DNA from: Fimicolochytrium jonesii
Lineage: Eukaryota
Length of the DNA stretch: 64,000 bases
Assembly: GCF_025526975.1 (NCBI RefSeq)
Contig: NW_026515675.1
Coordinates: 620,001 to 684,000, forward strand
Direction: 5' to 3'
Shown: positions 1-13,054 of the stretch, one piece after another
Layout of the letters: each line of letters opens with the position of its first letter
Numbering within the stretch: position 1 is the stretch's first letter
The notes under the pieces: model-generated
What the model saw: only the letters and a program-made list of their open reading frames with translations
What the model was told of the DNA's origin: nothing
The model's database searches: none
Translations under genes and position numbers: made by a program

Positions 1-852
1 TGCCATTCATACAGTTCCTGCGGATGCTGCTGAAGGACGACATAAGTAGAACAGGTATGGTTTTGCGTAAGAAGCGCGACATTTCCTTGGGAGAAGTGTT
101 GAACTCGATCCTCAGAACCATTAGAGAACAGCATACTGGGGCAATCGCTAGGCCTTCATCGACGACTCAATTTGAAAGCACCCCTGGATGTTTTTGAGGA
201 GATTTTAGAAGAGACTGACCCGAAAGGGACCATCACGGTTGAAATTGGCGAGTGGATCAGTGAGGTGGGTGTTTCCACATCCATGTCCATTGAAACAGCG
301 AATGAGACTGACTATGCTGGTGCAAGATAGATATCGTCACTATCAAAATCTGGTCAATTTGACCTTCTCACATATTGGAGGGAAGTGTGCTCCATGTTCA
401 ACCGGATTGATGACACCGCGGCGTTTTTGATGATTGAGGTGAGAACCATACTGCATCAAGTGTATCGCGTTCCACAACCAAACAAGACAATGCATTTCCC
501 TCTCACCTAGAGCATTGAGCCAGCAACCGCTCGTTTTGCCATATCCGACATCCTACTCAGCCGGCTCTCCTACGTCTCTCGCAAATCCAATGGTCAAACA
601 CGGCTTAGTGCGTCCAACTTCCCCACGAAAGCGCGGAAGCACCTGGAAGCTGTGCCAATTGATCAAAATTGGGAGGCATACATTACTTTGATCACCATAA
701 TACTGGGAACAATTGACGTCGAGCTGAATGAAGACACAAAAAGAGCGTTGCACGATGGTGTAGAGTTCATCCGTGACCGAGCGCCAAAGAAGGCGAAGGT
801 TCACACTCAGACGTTGGTCGATTTTGTGGATTTGATTTGGCCCACGGCGTAG
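1..852 (+). CDS. 3' part of a multi-exon gene for an uncharacterised protein (5' end outside the window)
   Basis: Exons join through GT-AG introns (...LHRRLNLKAPLDVFEEILEE...|ISSLSKSGQFDLLTYWREV...|SIEPATARFAISDILL...DLIWPTA*). No recognisable motif. Confidence 0.55.
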
Positions 853-1213
853 ACGTGCTGCTCTGTATTCTCCCGCAGAGGAAGCGAGGGTCCTGCGGTG
901 GTAAATCGGTGGAACTACGCTTTTAAGAACGGGTCGCTGCTCTTTTTGCTGCTTGTTAACCGTCGGATGGGCAGCAATAGGGCACGATCATCGTTGTTTG
1001 ATATAGAATAGACGAACTGTATATGGACAGATATTAATGAAGACATCGATGAATGATTGGCAGCACGTTTGGAACATCTACTTTGAGATTATGTGTACAT
1101 GAAAGAAGCAATTAGACCGCTGATGGGACGGTCTGTGAGTGGTAGCTGTGGTGCACATAAGATGGCACCGGATATATATACATGTAGAACGTAAGGAGCA
1201 CCGGCTCCTTGGA

Positions 1214-4200
1214 TCAACATCCAACCGCCTCTCGCATTTCTCGGAGTACAGCGATCCGGTATTTGTCTCGCAGAGTGTGCATGTAAGATAAGTACCGAGC
1301 TGGTGCAAATACGTCATCATCCCCAGAGTTTTTCCCATGCGTTCCCTCCTTCTGCTTTCCTGCCGTCGAGATGTGTGGAATGCCATCTGAGGCGCCAACC
1401 ACTCGAGATGGATCCCCCAAGAACGCCACCAGCCCGTGATCTCTGGTAGCTATCAGCACTGCAGGTTGAATGTGCTTCAAGAGGGCGATGCAGAAGTATA
1501 TCTGGTAATCGATCCCAAAGACAGTCGCCAACAGAAGGTATGTTCCGATTGACGAGAGAGGTAGATGTGTCCAAAAGAGTTCGCGGAACCAGCGCTGGGT
1601 GAGCTATTCATTGATCAAGAGTTATTATCCCGAGCAAAGACGGGTGGAATTACTGTTGGGGAAACCTACCTGACTCGGCGTACAACCGCTCAAGGTGAAA
1701 GCAGAAAATAAGGCCGGCAGCTCGGTCTCCAAAATCGCCTCCACAAGATGGCAGCACGTCGAGTACAGCAGCGGCACATCATATCGCTGTGGGTCAAAAA
1801 GCCGAGAGCGATGGGCTCGCTGGGGCCACATATACATAGAAGGCAGGTACGGTAACAGTGAGGTAAGGTACGTCAATGTCCGCTGCTTATCGCCCTGTAG
1901 TAATATGAAGGCGGTGCTGAGGAACCAATCAAAGCCGGGGAATGTTGAAGAGAGCTCTTGTGCAGTTTCTCTCGCTTCGGAAGGCTGCTTCTGATGAGGC
2001 CTGAGCAGAGTCCGTGTCTCGTGCAGAAGGCTGGCGAGATCTTTCCTGAACTTTTCTGTCGGGATAGAGCGCATATGTCGGTGCGCATATCGTGCAGCGA
2101 TATCGAGCCCAATGGAGTCGTATTTGAGAAGGCTGGTGTTATCGGGCCCGTGTGATTTTACTTTTGCATCAGGCTTCACGGCATTGAGTGTAATCCAGCC
2201 TATAGAGTTTCGATCCCTTTCTGGCAGGTTGATCAGCGCCCGCAAAATTTCAGGGAGAAACCGGCACGCAGAGAGAATGCGAGCGGATAGCAAGACTGTA
2301 TCCCCTTCGAACGTGATGATGTTGCTGACGACGGATTCCATATTCTGCAGCCATGCAGACGAGGCCATCTGTGATGCTGGCTGCGAAAGCAACTTCTCAA
2401 GGTCTTTTTCCATGGTCTTGAGCTGGGGAGTCATGGAAGTTCCAACCTGCGCTATGGGTGGCATGTACTCAACTGGGACCGGGTATGCATGCACGGTGGG
2501 AAGTGGTTGTTGGAGGACATCGCACAGCTTTATAGGCGGAAGGACGCGTTCCCCAGCTCCACCCACGGCGAATGTCGCGATGAGAATGTAATTGCGCAAG
2601 AGGGATGCCTCGTCAATAACTTGCGGTTCGTCGATCGGAAGCCGCCCACCAGACTTTGCCTGTGCATTCACTTGCATGCTGAGCAATGCCTCCTGAAATC
2701 GATAATGCGCTTGCAGCAGGATGCAAGAGTCCAGCGAAGAGCTTGCGATCTTCAGGATGCGTAGAGCCACGAGCTGAAGCTCGTCATATCGTCCGAGTGT
2801 TCCATCACTCCTGCGAGAACCCTTGTTGTCCGTCAATGCATTCTTCATCAGGAAATCCAACGAGTCTCTCCCAGTGGTAGGCTTGTCCTCTTCAGCCACG
2901 ATCGCGCACAGGCCCGGAAACGATATCAAGACTTTCAAAATGTTGCCGACCAGCTTCTTGGCAAGATGGTCGTCCAATGGTTCGATGAGGGGTGCGGCAA
3001 TGCTGACCGTGTCATCGTGCTCCAGAAAGCCCCACATATCCGAAAAGAAGAGTTTCAATAAGCCCGCCGAATACAATGCCTGCATGCCACTCTTCGTTGT
3101 GGAGATCTGGGAGACCAGCACCCCATAACCGAATTTGTCGCATTTGCTCACTTGCATTTTCTTCTCGTATCTGAAACAAAAGCTGGGATTAGGAAGCGTA
3201 TCGAAAGCATGATCATGCGTCATTACGCACCTGCGAACCATATATGCGACAGCTGGATTCATCGACCCGCTTAACTGAAGCAAGAGGACTCCCTTTGGCG
3301 TTCCAGCGTAATTCAGCAAATTGTCAACAGCGATCGAGTGCCACGCTTTGCTCATGGAAACAGCTAGTTCTCCATTTTTGTCCTTCCACGGACCATTGTT
3401 TAGAATCCTCGCTAAAGTCATGTGCAGGTTATACTGCTGCAGATGCCGCAAACCATCGCAAGTTCTGTATAGTTGTCGAAGGAAAAAGATGAATCCTCCC
3501 AGAACTTTGACTTCTTGCTGTGATGTGATCCCCACACGAATCATTTGTTCGACATACGAGGTCACCGTCTGGAGCACCCGTGCTTGCTCCGGCCGGTTTG
3601 AGATTCCTTTCGAGTCGTTGCGAGATTTCACCGTGACTAGTGCCGCGGTTTCTTGCTGCAATATAAACTGCCTCCCCGAGTCCGTGGCCGCGATGTTGGA
3701 TAAAGTCTCCGCAACGTCAGAGAGAGACTCCAGATCGTTGGGTGATCCCTTCTGGGACCCGCTTCCGAGCGCGGTATGCAAAGGCTGCATTAGCTCCGCG
3801 AATACGGAACTCTTCAAAATGGAAAATGGAACGGGGACTTGTTAGCATGACAGACACCTTCTTCGCCGACATATGATGTGGAGATCGCACCTTCAGCAAC
3901 CTTTTGTCGTAGAGCTTGTCTGTCTCAATAATCTCCCGCAGCAGTCGGACAACGAAGCTCGAGAGTTTCAACGCCTCCAATGTATGACCTTTGTTTGCTC
4001 CGTCCTCCATGTGCATCGTGAATGTCGTCCGTGGGCATTGACACATCAGCCGGACGAATATTTGCGTCAGTCCTTCGAGTGTGAGGCACGCCTGTTGAGG
4101 TGTGGATGCCTTAGAATTGGTGAGGCTCTCTCCAAGCACATTTTGAAGAGCGGGCACTGCGGCTACTCCCAGGGCGCTCATCAAATCAACCGGGAAGCAT

Positions 4201-5983
4201 TCTTTTCCTCCTTCGAAAATGGAGAGCTTTCCCAATACTACAAGGACATGCAGGAAGTGCACGTACTCGAGGTCTTCGATGCCGATTTTGCGGCGCGCTA
4301 CCAGCTCGTCGAGGTCTTCCGCAACCTCTACATCCAAAACCAGAACCTCATCGCAGTTTTTCGCAATGGAAGAAGATGTGCGGAGCAGATGGGCGGCGTG
4401 AGCCATGAAGCGGGCAGCAAGGCCATTCAATACCCCTGTCTCCAACACAGCGGCAGCGATATGCGATCTGCCGAACTTGCTGATCGTCCACCTTTCGAAC
4501 CAGACTGCTCCGACATCGACGATGCTTAGATAATGCAGCGGTGTGATGAATGAAGATTTCCCAGGGGCAGTTCCAGTGACTAGCGATGACTTCATTCGGT
4601 CCGCCCAACCCGCTATGGAGGATGAGAGCCCGAACAGCCTAAATGTGGCCAACATCACTTCTTTGATAAGTTGATCAGAAAATCGGACCCAGCAAGAGGT
4701 AAGCTCTTGCTGAAACTGATTCAACAGTCTGAACTTCAATGGAAAGAGGAAGCGGTGTCAGTTAACACTCAGAGGTACGGGCAATGGTAGAGCGCCGAAT
4801 ACCTTTTTGAGAAGGAGCTGCACTCTGACGTCCTCAATACAGAGACCGTCAACCACCTTATCTTGGTAGCCAGATTCGAAGATATGCGTCAAGTGGTCAA
4901 CCAAGCTCAGGTAAATCTCGCCCATCATCGTCGTAGGAGCTGCCCGAAAGATCCGCGCGTAGATTCGTAGACATCCAGTCGCTATCCTGCTATCTGGGTC
5001 GCTAATGGCACTTTTCAAAGCGCTCTTTGCGTCTGGCCAAACCTCTCCACATAGGAGATCCATAGATGGGTATGACGCTAGCCGTTGCAATGCGCCCTGT
5101 CGGACCTCCACGCTGTTTCTACGCTGTAGATTCGTCTCGATTGTCCGAATCTCCTCGATAGACAAAACGGGCAAGGAAGAATATGGAAGTTTCTTCCAAG
5201 TCTGCCCTTCCAGAGACAATGACCAGCTCGCACTCTCATTCGTTGACAGGCTTTGAGTCGAAAGATCCTGTGTAAGCTTCCGCAGCTCGTTTCTATGCTC
5301 CTGCTGTCTTCGTGTTTCTTCATCAGCAAAGGCATCACTGGACACTGGCGCGAGAGATGTAGGTCCCTCTGCCATGAGCTGGGAGATGCTTTCGCTGGCG
5401 TCATCCAGCAGTTTTCTCACGAAGCTGGCATACTCTTCCGAGTTCATCAGCGACTCTACGAGCATCGGGACATCCAGCTGCGGGGCGCCTGATGACCTTT
5501 GTTGGGTTAGGTGAACGAACAAGACTTGAGCTCAAGAAAGCATGCGAACAACTGCGGTCCTTACCATCTGATATCCGAGCACTCTTCAGCTGAGCGTCAA
5601 TTGTGGGAGCCACAAAAGAGTTGATCTGCTTTTCTATGTATTTCACAAAGGCATATCGCTGATAGCCGAGATTGGAATACAATGATCTATTCAGCTAAAC
5701 GCCCCGTATCAGCTCTGGATGGCAGCTCAAGCCTTACATGGAAGTTCTCGTCAGATCTTTCCAGACCAACCAAAGCATCAAGTCGTCTACGACGTGGTAT
5801 TTTGATCGTTGCGGCTACCCAGCTCTTTACAAAATCTGCTGCACTGGCCTTCGCACCAAGGGCATCTTGTTGCACTTTGTGCCTAATGTCTTCTGCTCTT
5901 GCACCGCCGCTGCCCTGTCCGCCTCCTGCGTGGGAAGGGCGATGTCCTGGTTCCCTTTCCATCTTGTTATTGCCGGCCAGCAT
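1214..5983 (-). CDS. TBC1D32: Protein broad-minded (BROMI/TBC1D32), ciliary; multi-exon
   Basis: N-terminal LERSDENFH|RYAFVKYIEKQI resembles BROMI LEETDENFHNYEFVKYL. Internal YAGTPKGVLLL and KKMQVSKCDKFGYG. C-terminal ELPALFSAFTLSGCTPSQ|LTQRWFRELFW...GIDYQIYFCIALLKHIQ matches the BROMI TBC-like domain. Start is 5983 or 5962. Confidence 0.9.
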
Positions 5984-6242
5984 GGAGCTCAAAGAAACAC
6001 GACGTATCGTAAAAATGTGGATTACGGTGATGCACTACCGAGCCCTGGTTTCTGACGTCTCTTATTCTAGGGTGGGGAATATCGGCAATGAGCAACTTGC
6101 TGTCTGCTGTGCTTCGGAACGGCGGGAGAGGACGGCCGCCTCGGACCCGTGTCCCGATGACACTCTCGCGTTCTGTCTCGCGTCGTATGCATGTAGGAAA
6201 TCCGTCTTGCGAAGTTTGAACGCCTCTGCTACCCCTTCAACA

Positions 6243-7247
6243 ATGACGGACAAGCGAGACGGCGCAAATGCCCAAAACATATCTTCTGTTGCTCCCGATT
6301 CTGCCCAGGGTGGTATTGAGCGTCGGACCCCCTCGCGAGTAACAAATGACCCGAGCCAAATCCCCTCATCCCATCAACGGGCGGCCACGATCATTCAGAA
6401 GCACATTCGAGGGCACATCCAACGGCGGACAGTCGCAAACTCACATGAGGCGGCCATTAGGATACAGAAGATTATGCGTGGTCATCTGGACCGTCGGCGC
6501 TGTGCACAGGAGGCCCACCATGCCGACCGACTGCGAAAGCTCACCGCAGAGTCGACCAAGATCAGGAGGCGAATTCGGAGCAGAGAAGGAGACATGCAAA
6601 CTCTTCATTCCATTGGAAATGTACGTGAATGGGAAGATCAAAGATCAAAGAAGGCAGTGCAGACTCTTCAAACGTGGTGGGGGAGGTTGCTGGCTCGAGG
6701 GATATACAATTATGCTCGGGCGGATCGAGTCAGCATCACGGATGAAGGCAAAGCTACGGATGTCAGCGACTTCAAGAATGAAGCATCAGCTCCCGAAGGA
6801 GCAACGAAACTGAAGACTGAAGGTCGACGGAGCACCTACCAGGATATAGCCCAGTTCCTTGCCGCTAACCGAAAGCAAAAAGAAGTACCCGGCCCCGAGG
6901 GCGCTTTGCCATGTCCAACGGTGTACAGAACAAACAACAGAGAGCACCAGCTGCTGGCTATGATGGCGGAGGTCGATTCCTTGGTGACGTACGTTGACCA
7001 ATCATGCACATTTCTCGGCACAAGACTTGAGAAGTCCGGAAGTTTGGACGATGAGCCCGGCATGGTGGCCCCGCGCGCACCGCCAGTTACCAAAGTGAAT
7101 GGGATCGATGCCGAGGATTTGGCTCACAGGGATACTCTGATCGCGAGAGGCGAATGGTGGGAAAACACAACGGAAGAAGACTGGGCCGAATGGGTTGACG
7201 GATGCCTCCCGTTGGAACATTTTTCGCTAAAAGCTCGAGTCCGTTGA
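6243..7247 (+). CDS. IQ calmodulin-binding motif protein resembling the C-terminal half of IQCB1/NPHP5
   Basis: IQ motifs IQKHIRGHIQRR, IQKIMRGHLDRR and LQTWWGRLLAR around a coiled coil. C-terminal AHRDTLIARGEWWE resembles the NPHP5 AHLTTLKHIQAPWWK tail. The start codon is uncertain because the open frame extends upstream. Confidence 0.65.
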   Translation: MTDKRDGANAQNISSVAPDSAQGGIERRTPSRVTNDPSQIPSSHQRAATIIQKHIRGHIQRRTVANSHEAAIRIQKIMRGHLDRRRCAQEAHHADRLRKLTAESTKIRRRIRSREGDMQTLHSIGNVREWEDQRSKKAVQTLQTWWGRLLARGIYNYARADRVSITDEGKATDVSDFKNEASAPEGATKLKTEGRRSTYQDIAQFLAANRKQKEVPGPEGALPCPTVYRTNNREHQLLAMMAEVDSLVTYVDQSCTFLGTRLEKSGSLDDEPGMVAPRAPPVTKVNGIDAEDLAHRDTLIARGEWWENTTEEDWAEWVDGCLPLEHFSLKARVR

Positions 7248-7480
7248 CCAGATACAAACGTGCAAATATAGAATTCTGATTGAACTATGGTACATATATA
7301 CATAACTTTGAACGAACCTTTATGAGTTTTGTTCGTGAGTTTGCGAGGCCAAAAGGTGTTGCAGGTAAGTCTACGTATATGCTGGGGCGGCGGCAGGGCT
7401 TGAAGCCATGGCTATCAAAATTCGGCAGTTTCGGCCGATGACTTGTGAGTTTTAAGATTGGAGATCGTCCGAGCCCGTAC

Positions 7481-8205
7481 CTAGTACTTGTATTTCGTCG
7501 AGTAGTCTTTTGGCGACACAACCAGACCTCTGCCTTTCCTGGCGCCGCTGAAGACCGTCTCTGCGATGTTGAGACGCAATTAGCTTCTATACCCATCCAC
7601 ATCGCGTAACTGAAAGCCGCGAAACATACCGACGATGTCCACCATTTCCTGCTTATCCTCCAGTGCCCAATTGATCTTGTTATTGTTTCCCGTTCCCAGA
7701 TCGATCATGATATGCTTGTTCCGATAAAAAAACATCACGGTGCAGGGATCGTACAATTCGTACATCTTGTTGAAATCTGATATGGAGGTACGGGGTCAGA
7801 GTAGTAGTCTTGAAGGGGTTTCTTCTCACGCTTTTCCATACCTGGAACTTCCGAAATGTCCACCAAGTAGATCACCGCGAAGTTTTTCACCTTCTCAGCA
7901 ATTCCATACAGAATTTCGTCCATTTTCATACATGTTGGGTCCTACAGAGGAAGACAATCTCAATCTCTAGCTTAATGTAACAGCAGGGCGGAAATCTAAC
8001 TTTTCGAAACTCTGTCTGGAGGACACCTACCCAGTCGTGTCCAAAGCGAATGACCACCACCCGGTCTTCTTCGTTCAATATGGACTGATCAACATGCCAG
8101 CCAGAGTGAAGGTGAGGTAAAAAATATCTAAGGACAACGCAATAGAGTGGGTCAATACATTGAAGCGCACATGACACTTTACTTCTCCGACTCTACTTAC
8201 GACAT
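7481..8205 (-). CDS. DIB1: Spliceosomal U5 thioredoxin-like protein Dim1/Dib1; multi-exon
   Basis: MS|YFLPHLHSGWHVDQSILNEEDRVVVIRFGHDW...MYELYDPCTVMFFYRNKHIMIDLGTGNNNKINW...RGARKGRGLVVSPKDYSTKYKY*. Confidence 0.97.
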
Positions 8206-8526
8206 CCTGCAGTACTTCCCAAGGACTTCCCTGAGAGAGCTTCTCAATGTACAGGTCGCACAACTGCGTTTCACTTGTGCTATACGCCCGTGCTGGGTGC
8301 ACTGGACAGAGATCGGTCCTCTGGGCCTGTTCGCCTGTTGCTCACATGCGGAGTCGGAGGAGCAATTCTCCATAAAGAAGCGGCGAATAAATGACCTTGA
8401 TTCCACGTGACTGCACAGTTAAATCCCCCTCGAACTTCCGACCCCTCCGAATTCCACCTCTCATCAGGTTTCGTGCAGTTTCGACAATTCCCGAGCCAAT
8501 TGCGGTAACCGGACCCTCAAGCTGCA

Positions 8527-10394
8527 ATGCTCCGTCCAGCAGTTTCCTCGCTCGAAAGACGAATTCTGGGGCGACATAGTCTCCCGTCCTCGATTGTACC
8601 TCGGTCGCAAGCCGGAGTGTCAAGTCTTTTGACGACCAGCGCGCTGCAGGTTCGTAAGCCACAGTCCTCTTGTGAAGATCAAGCGTTTCAGTGGTGGCTC
8701 ACCCCATAGCACTTTCAGAGGTCATTCGCAAGTGCAAATCGGCTGCGTTTAAGCTCTCGGTCGCTTTCTAATGCGGCACTGAACCCCAAGCCAACGCAAA
8801 CTGCCTTCGACATGGCTCCTTCAGAAACCCACATAACCACTCTTCCGAACGGGTTACGAATCGCTTCGCAGGATGCGCCGGGTCACTTTGTTGCGTGTGG
8901 AGTTTATGTGGATGCCGGGACGAGGTTCGAAAACGACGAACTGGCGGGATGCTCACATATCCTTGACCGCACGACTTTCAAGGTGGGCGTGGATCGTCCT
9001 CAATGCACTTGAAATCACAGCATAATTGATGCCTGGACTTCTCGTAGAGCACGAAACAGTTCACAACGGAACAGATAGTCCAAGAGCTCGAATCGATGGG
9101 AGGAAACTGTATAGCTCACAGTTCACGCGAGGCGATCATGTACCAGGGTCTCGTGTTCCGGCATGACCTCGCAAAAATGATGAAGATGCTTGGGCAAGTT
9201 GTTCGTCATCCCCTTCTCCTGCCGGAAGAAATGGATGACACGAGACAAACTACGATGTACGAGATTCAGGAGCTTCAGCAACGGCCGGAGATGATACTCC
9301 CAGAACATCTCCATGCGGTTGCGTTCAGGAACGCGAAAGGAGAGCCAGATACCCTCGGACGACCTTTACTCTGTTCGATGGAGAGGCTAGAAGTGATGAG
9401 CACCGAAGCGATGCGCAAGTACCGTGACATCTGGTATACACCCGATCGGATGGTCGTGGCGGGAATTGGAATGGATCACCAGATGCTTGTGGATCTTGCA
9501 TCAAAGGAGTTCGGAGACATGCCTTCAATATCACCGGCAACAGCTAAGCTGCAATCTGAGCTGAGGGCGCCTGCACGATACGAGGGAGGCATTACCATCT
9601 TCGACACGAAAGACCTTCCACCATCACCAAATCCGGACGATAAGCAATTGACGCACGTATACATCGCCTTTGAATCGCTACCCATTTCGGACCCAGACGT
9701 ATACGCACTGGCAACGTTGACGAGTCTAATGGGTGGAGGGGGTTCATTCTCGGCTGGAGGGCCGGGGAAAGGCATGTACACGCGATTGTACACCCAGGTG
9801 CTGAACAGGTACCACTGGGTGGAAAACTGCAACATGCTCAACTTCTCGTACCTCGACACCGGACTCTTCGGAATTCAGGCGTCTATTCCACCCAGTCCTG
9901 AAGCACATGCGCAAATCATACCGGTCCTCTGTGATCAGCTTCTACGGATGACGACGGAGATCGGGGCCGAAGAGCTGAGTAGAGCGAAGAACCAGCTCAA
10001 GAGCAATCTGCTAATGAGTCTGGAAGCCAAGGTTGTAGAGTGCGAGGACATCGGCCGCCAAATCATGGTACAGGGCCATCGTCTGAGCGTGGCGGAGATG
10101 TGCAAGAGAATCGAATCCTTGACCGCGGAAGATCTGAAGCGCGTCGCACGGCGGATAGTGCTAGGACAGGATGTCCAGAGTCCGCTAGACTTCGGTGACC
10201 CCGCACAAAAACACTGGGAACGCTCAGGCGATGGGCGGGCAACCGTGGTTGTAGAAGGACCTTTGTTTGAGAACGACGCGTTCTTGAATATGGAGCAACA
10301 CCTCAAGACCTGGCGGATGGGCAAGCCAAATAATCAGGACGTTCGCCAACCGTTGGGAGGAAGAAAGTGGGGATTGGGCAAATTCAAGCTGTGA
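8527..10394 (+). CDS. MAS2: Mitochondrial processing peptidase alpha subunit
   Basis: Arg/Ser-rich presequence, ITTLPNGLRIAS, and the glycine-rich loop GGGGSFSAGGPGKGMYTRLY diagnostic of alpha-MPP. Confidence 0.95.
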
Positions 10395-10514
10395 AACGCT
10401 CACGGATGTAGATATGCCAAGCTCTCTCATCTCTAGATGTATTTAGTCTACCTCTACATGTACATGCTTGCCCAATGGGCATTCCACTGCACTCTATATT
10501 GTCGGCCGTTGCAA

Positions 10515-11450
10515 TCAGAAAGCCATCCACGCTGGCCGATCGTCCAACTCGTCGGGGCACATATCCCATGGGATGGTGACCGACACAGACCCAGATAAAC
10601 TGGCAACTTCGTGCAGGTAGCCGGGCGGTGTGTATAAGATATCTCCTGGATCAAGCTCGATCACGTATGGAGTAGTCTTGGCGACCTTGGGGTATGAATC
10701 GAGGAAATTATCGATTTGCTGCTGCAGAGGGATCGTCTCCTCTTGGGCTATGTCGCCCCGGTGCAGCCTAGCGGCATTCTCAAATATCTTGTCCACCGCA
10801 CGCACCCGGGACGCATGCGTCGGCCCGGTTATTCCGTTGTGCAAGTATAGGCTCCCCGCATCGTCTCTCGGAAAGACGATGAAGCGCTTCCTGCCGTACA
10901 GCTGAACCAACAACCCATGACATTTGTCGTAGTGAAGAGGTGTAACACATCCAGTCGTGCTAACCCATAATCGAGCTAACGAGAAGGATCGGTGAACGAA
11001 TGCCTGCTTTTCTGTAGCGTCTGACGTTGTCGGGCATATCGTGTCAAGGATATCCGATGCTGCCAAGAGGGCTTTCAGGCTCTCCGGCAGTGTACTTCGG
11101 TAATACATCCTTCCCCTCTCGCTCCCGTTCGTGTCCTTCACGTGGCCAATAAAGTCCTCTACAGAGATCGACACCGGCTCGGTATATCGCTCGTCATCCA
11201 GGAAGTTCTCTCCATCCAGCGCCTTCATGACGTTCACCCTTGCTCCGCCACTGCCTTCATTAGGTAGTCCGCCCGTCGCGGAAAACAAACACCGCAGCCC
11301 CTCGACGGTTGTGCAGGCTGCTCGCAATTCTGCGTGGCCTTTGACAAAGACAGGTAGCCGATTTTTATATTTCCTATGAAAGTCCGGAGGAAAGGCCTGT
11401 GTGGTGGTGGCTGGTGTGGTGGGAACCGGAAGGTGGGTCTGTTTTGTCAT
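10515..11450 (-). CDS. JmjC/cupin-8 2-oxoglutarate Fe(II) dioxygenase (JMJD5/HSPBAP1-like)
   Basis: LWVSTTGCVTPLHYDKCHGLLVQLYGRKRF...LDPGDILYTPPGYLHEV with the HxD...H triad intact. First ATG at 11450. Confidence 0.85.
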   Translation of the reverse strand: MTKQTHLPVPTTPATTTQAFPPDFHRKYKNRLPVFVKGHAELRAACTTVEGLRCLFSATGGLPNEGSGGARVNVMKALDGENFLDDERYTEPVSISVEDFIGHVKDTNGSERGRMYYRSTLPESLKALLAASDILDTICPTTSDATEKQAFVHRSFSLARLWVSTTGCVTPLHYDKCHGLLVQLYGRKRFIVFPRDDAGSLYLHNGITGPTHASRVRAVDKIFENAARLHRGDIAQEETIPLQQQIDNFLDSYPKVAKTTPYVIELDPGDILYTPPGYLHEVASLSGSVSVTIPWDMCPDELDDRPAWMAF

Positions 11451-11827
11451 GCCGTGCCCTTCTCTGCCAGTTTCAGGACTTCGACCTTTCGAAGGATGTG
11501 TCGGAGGAGGGAGACGGGGGAGAATGCCGTTTGGGTGGACGAGGACCGAGGACCAAAACCAGGACCAAAACGGCGTTAAAGCGCGACTCCATCTTGAGAA
11601 TTTGCAAGCACATCTTGACCTTGACGTATTGTACGCCAACTGCAAACCAACTAGTTACCTCCGAAGGGTGGTTTTATCGGTTGCTGGCAGAACCTGAACG
11701 CAAGTCGTTCCGTCATCAAGTCGCGGGAGGACAGAAAGGCGGGGTTTAGGTTCTCACGGCCGAGAAGACGAGAAGGCATATTTTCCCGGTAGTTGTAGCA
11801 CGAGCGGACAGTGATACCGTGGAAAAA

Positions 11828-12869
11828 ATGGCACGGCGGCGGGCAGGGATCAGTGGGCTACAGCAGCAAGCACGAACAAATGCCGAGTTTCAGCGAGCGG
11901 GTGAAGCGCTATCGAACCAGCAACTGGAGCAGGTGCCAACGACCGCCCTCTTGTTATTTTCGCGAGGCCAGTCTGTGACGATCTGACCTGGAAACTCTGC
12001 AGCTCAAAACCCAGCTGACGCTCTTCAAAACGAATTTGGAAGACTTTGCGAAAAAGTATCGGAAAGACATCAAAAGAGACCCAAAGTTCCGTATGCATTT
12101 CCAACGGATGTGCACAAACATTGGGATAGATCCTCTGGCTTGTAAGCTACGCAGAAGCATTGTTCATTCGAGTGTGGGTGAGCAATGCTAAGATTTCATT
12201 GATGACAGCGAATAAGGGATTCTGGTCCGAACTACTTGGCGTTGGGGATTTCTACTATGAGCTTGGAGTCCAGATCGCAGAGATTTGCATCGCGACCAGG
12301 GAGCGCAACGGAGGGCTGATCGATGTGCGAGATCTCAAAAGGTTGCTCGAGCGGTTAAGAGGAAAGGATGCGCAAGAGATCAGCGAGTAAGTTGATGTGT
12401 TGGCGTGGGAACCTCAGTCGGCGAATCCTCCGTTCGAGACTGAGAGCCTTCGCTGCCCACCTCGTAGAGACGATATAGCGCGGAGTATCAAAACGCTCAA
12501 ACCGCTCGGCAGTGGTTTCGACATTGTGCAGGTCGGAGTGCGCAAGCTGGTACAATCAGTGCCCCGAGAGCTCAATACGGACCTGTCGACCGTTCTGGCG
12601 CTGGCGCAATCGACGGGTTATGGTGGGTTTGTGACGGTTCCTTCGGTAGTAGCTGCCCGTGGGTGGGATCCAGACCGGGCGCAACGGATACTGGTGAGTG
12701 ATGTCCATAGTGCTGCTTTTCATTCCACCATCCAAAGTAGGGGGCGGCTCGCTCATCTGCCTTTCCTTTGATGTTGACCAGGATGACCTTCTGAAAGAAG
12801 GGATCTGCTGGATAGACGAGCAGGCCCATCCAGCTCAATACTGGGTAGCGGGATTCTTCGATACTTGAT
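11828..12869 (+). CDS. SNF8: ESCRT-II subunit Snf8/Vps22; multi-exon
   Basis: MARRRAGISGL...FRMHFQRMCTNIGIDPLA|NKGFWSELLGVGDFYYELGVQIAEICIATRERNGGLI...LVQSVPRELNTD...YWVAGFFDT*. Confidence 0.95.
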
Positions 12870-13054
12870 TTGCAGCGGCTCGCCGCTTGAAAAGCCGTCG
12901 TCTGTCTTCATACACGCTACCATCTCATTTTTGGTGAACAAAGTCCTGCATTTCAAAGGATACCATAAGAATACAATACTCAAAGCCACATTATACAAAG
13001 TTCATGCGCTCCATTTGCCAATCGTACCTGATATCAGCCGTTCGTGGACCTCCC

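Noticed and set aside
5682..6242. N-terminal extension of the 521-aa ORF overlapping BROMI
   Set aside because: It is antisense to BROMI exon 1 and not protein-like. A downstream start near 6243 is more plausible.
5984..6242. RFX X-box in the ciliary bidirectional promoter
   Set aside because: Only a half-site (AGCAAC) is visible, with no convincing palindromic X-box.
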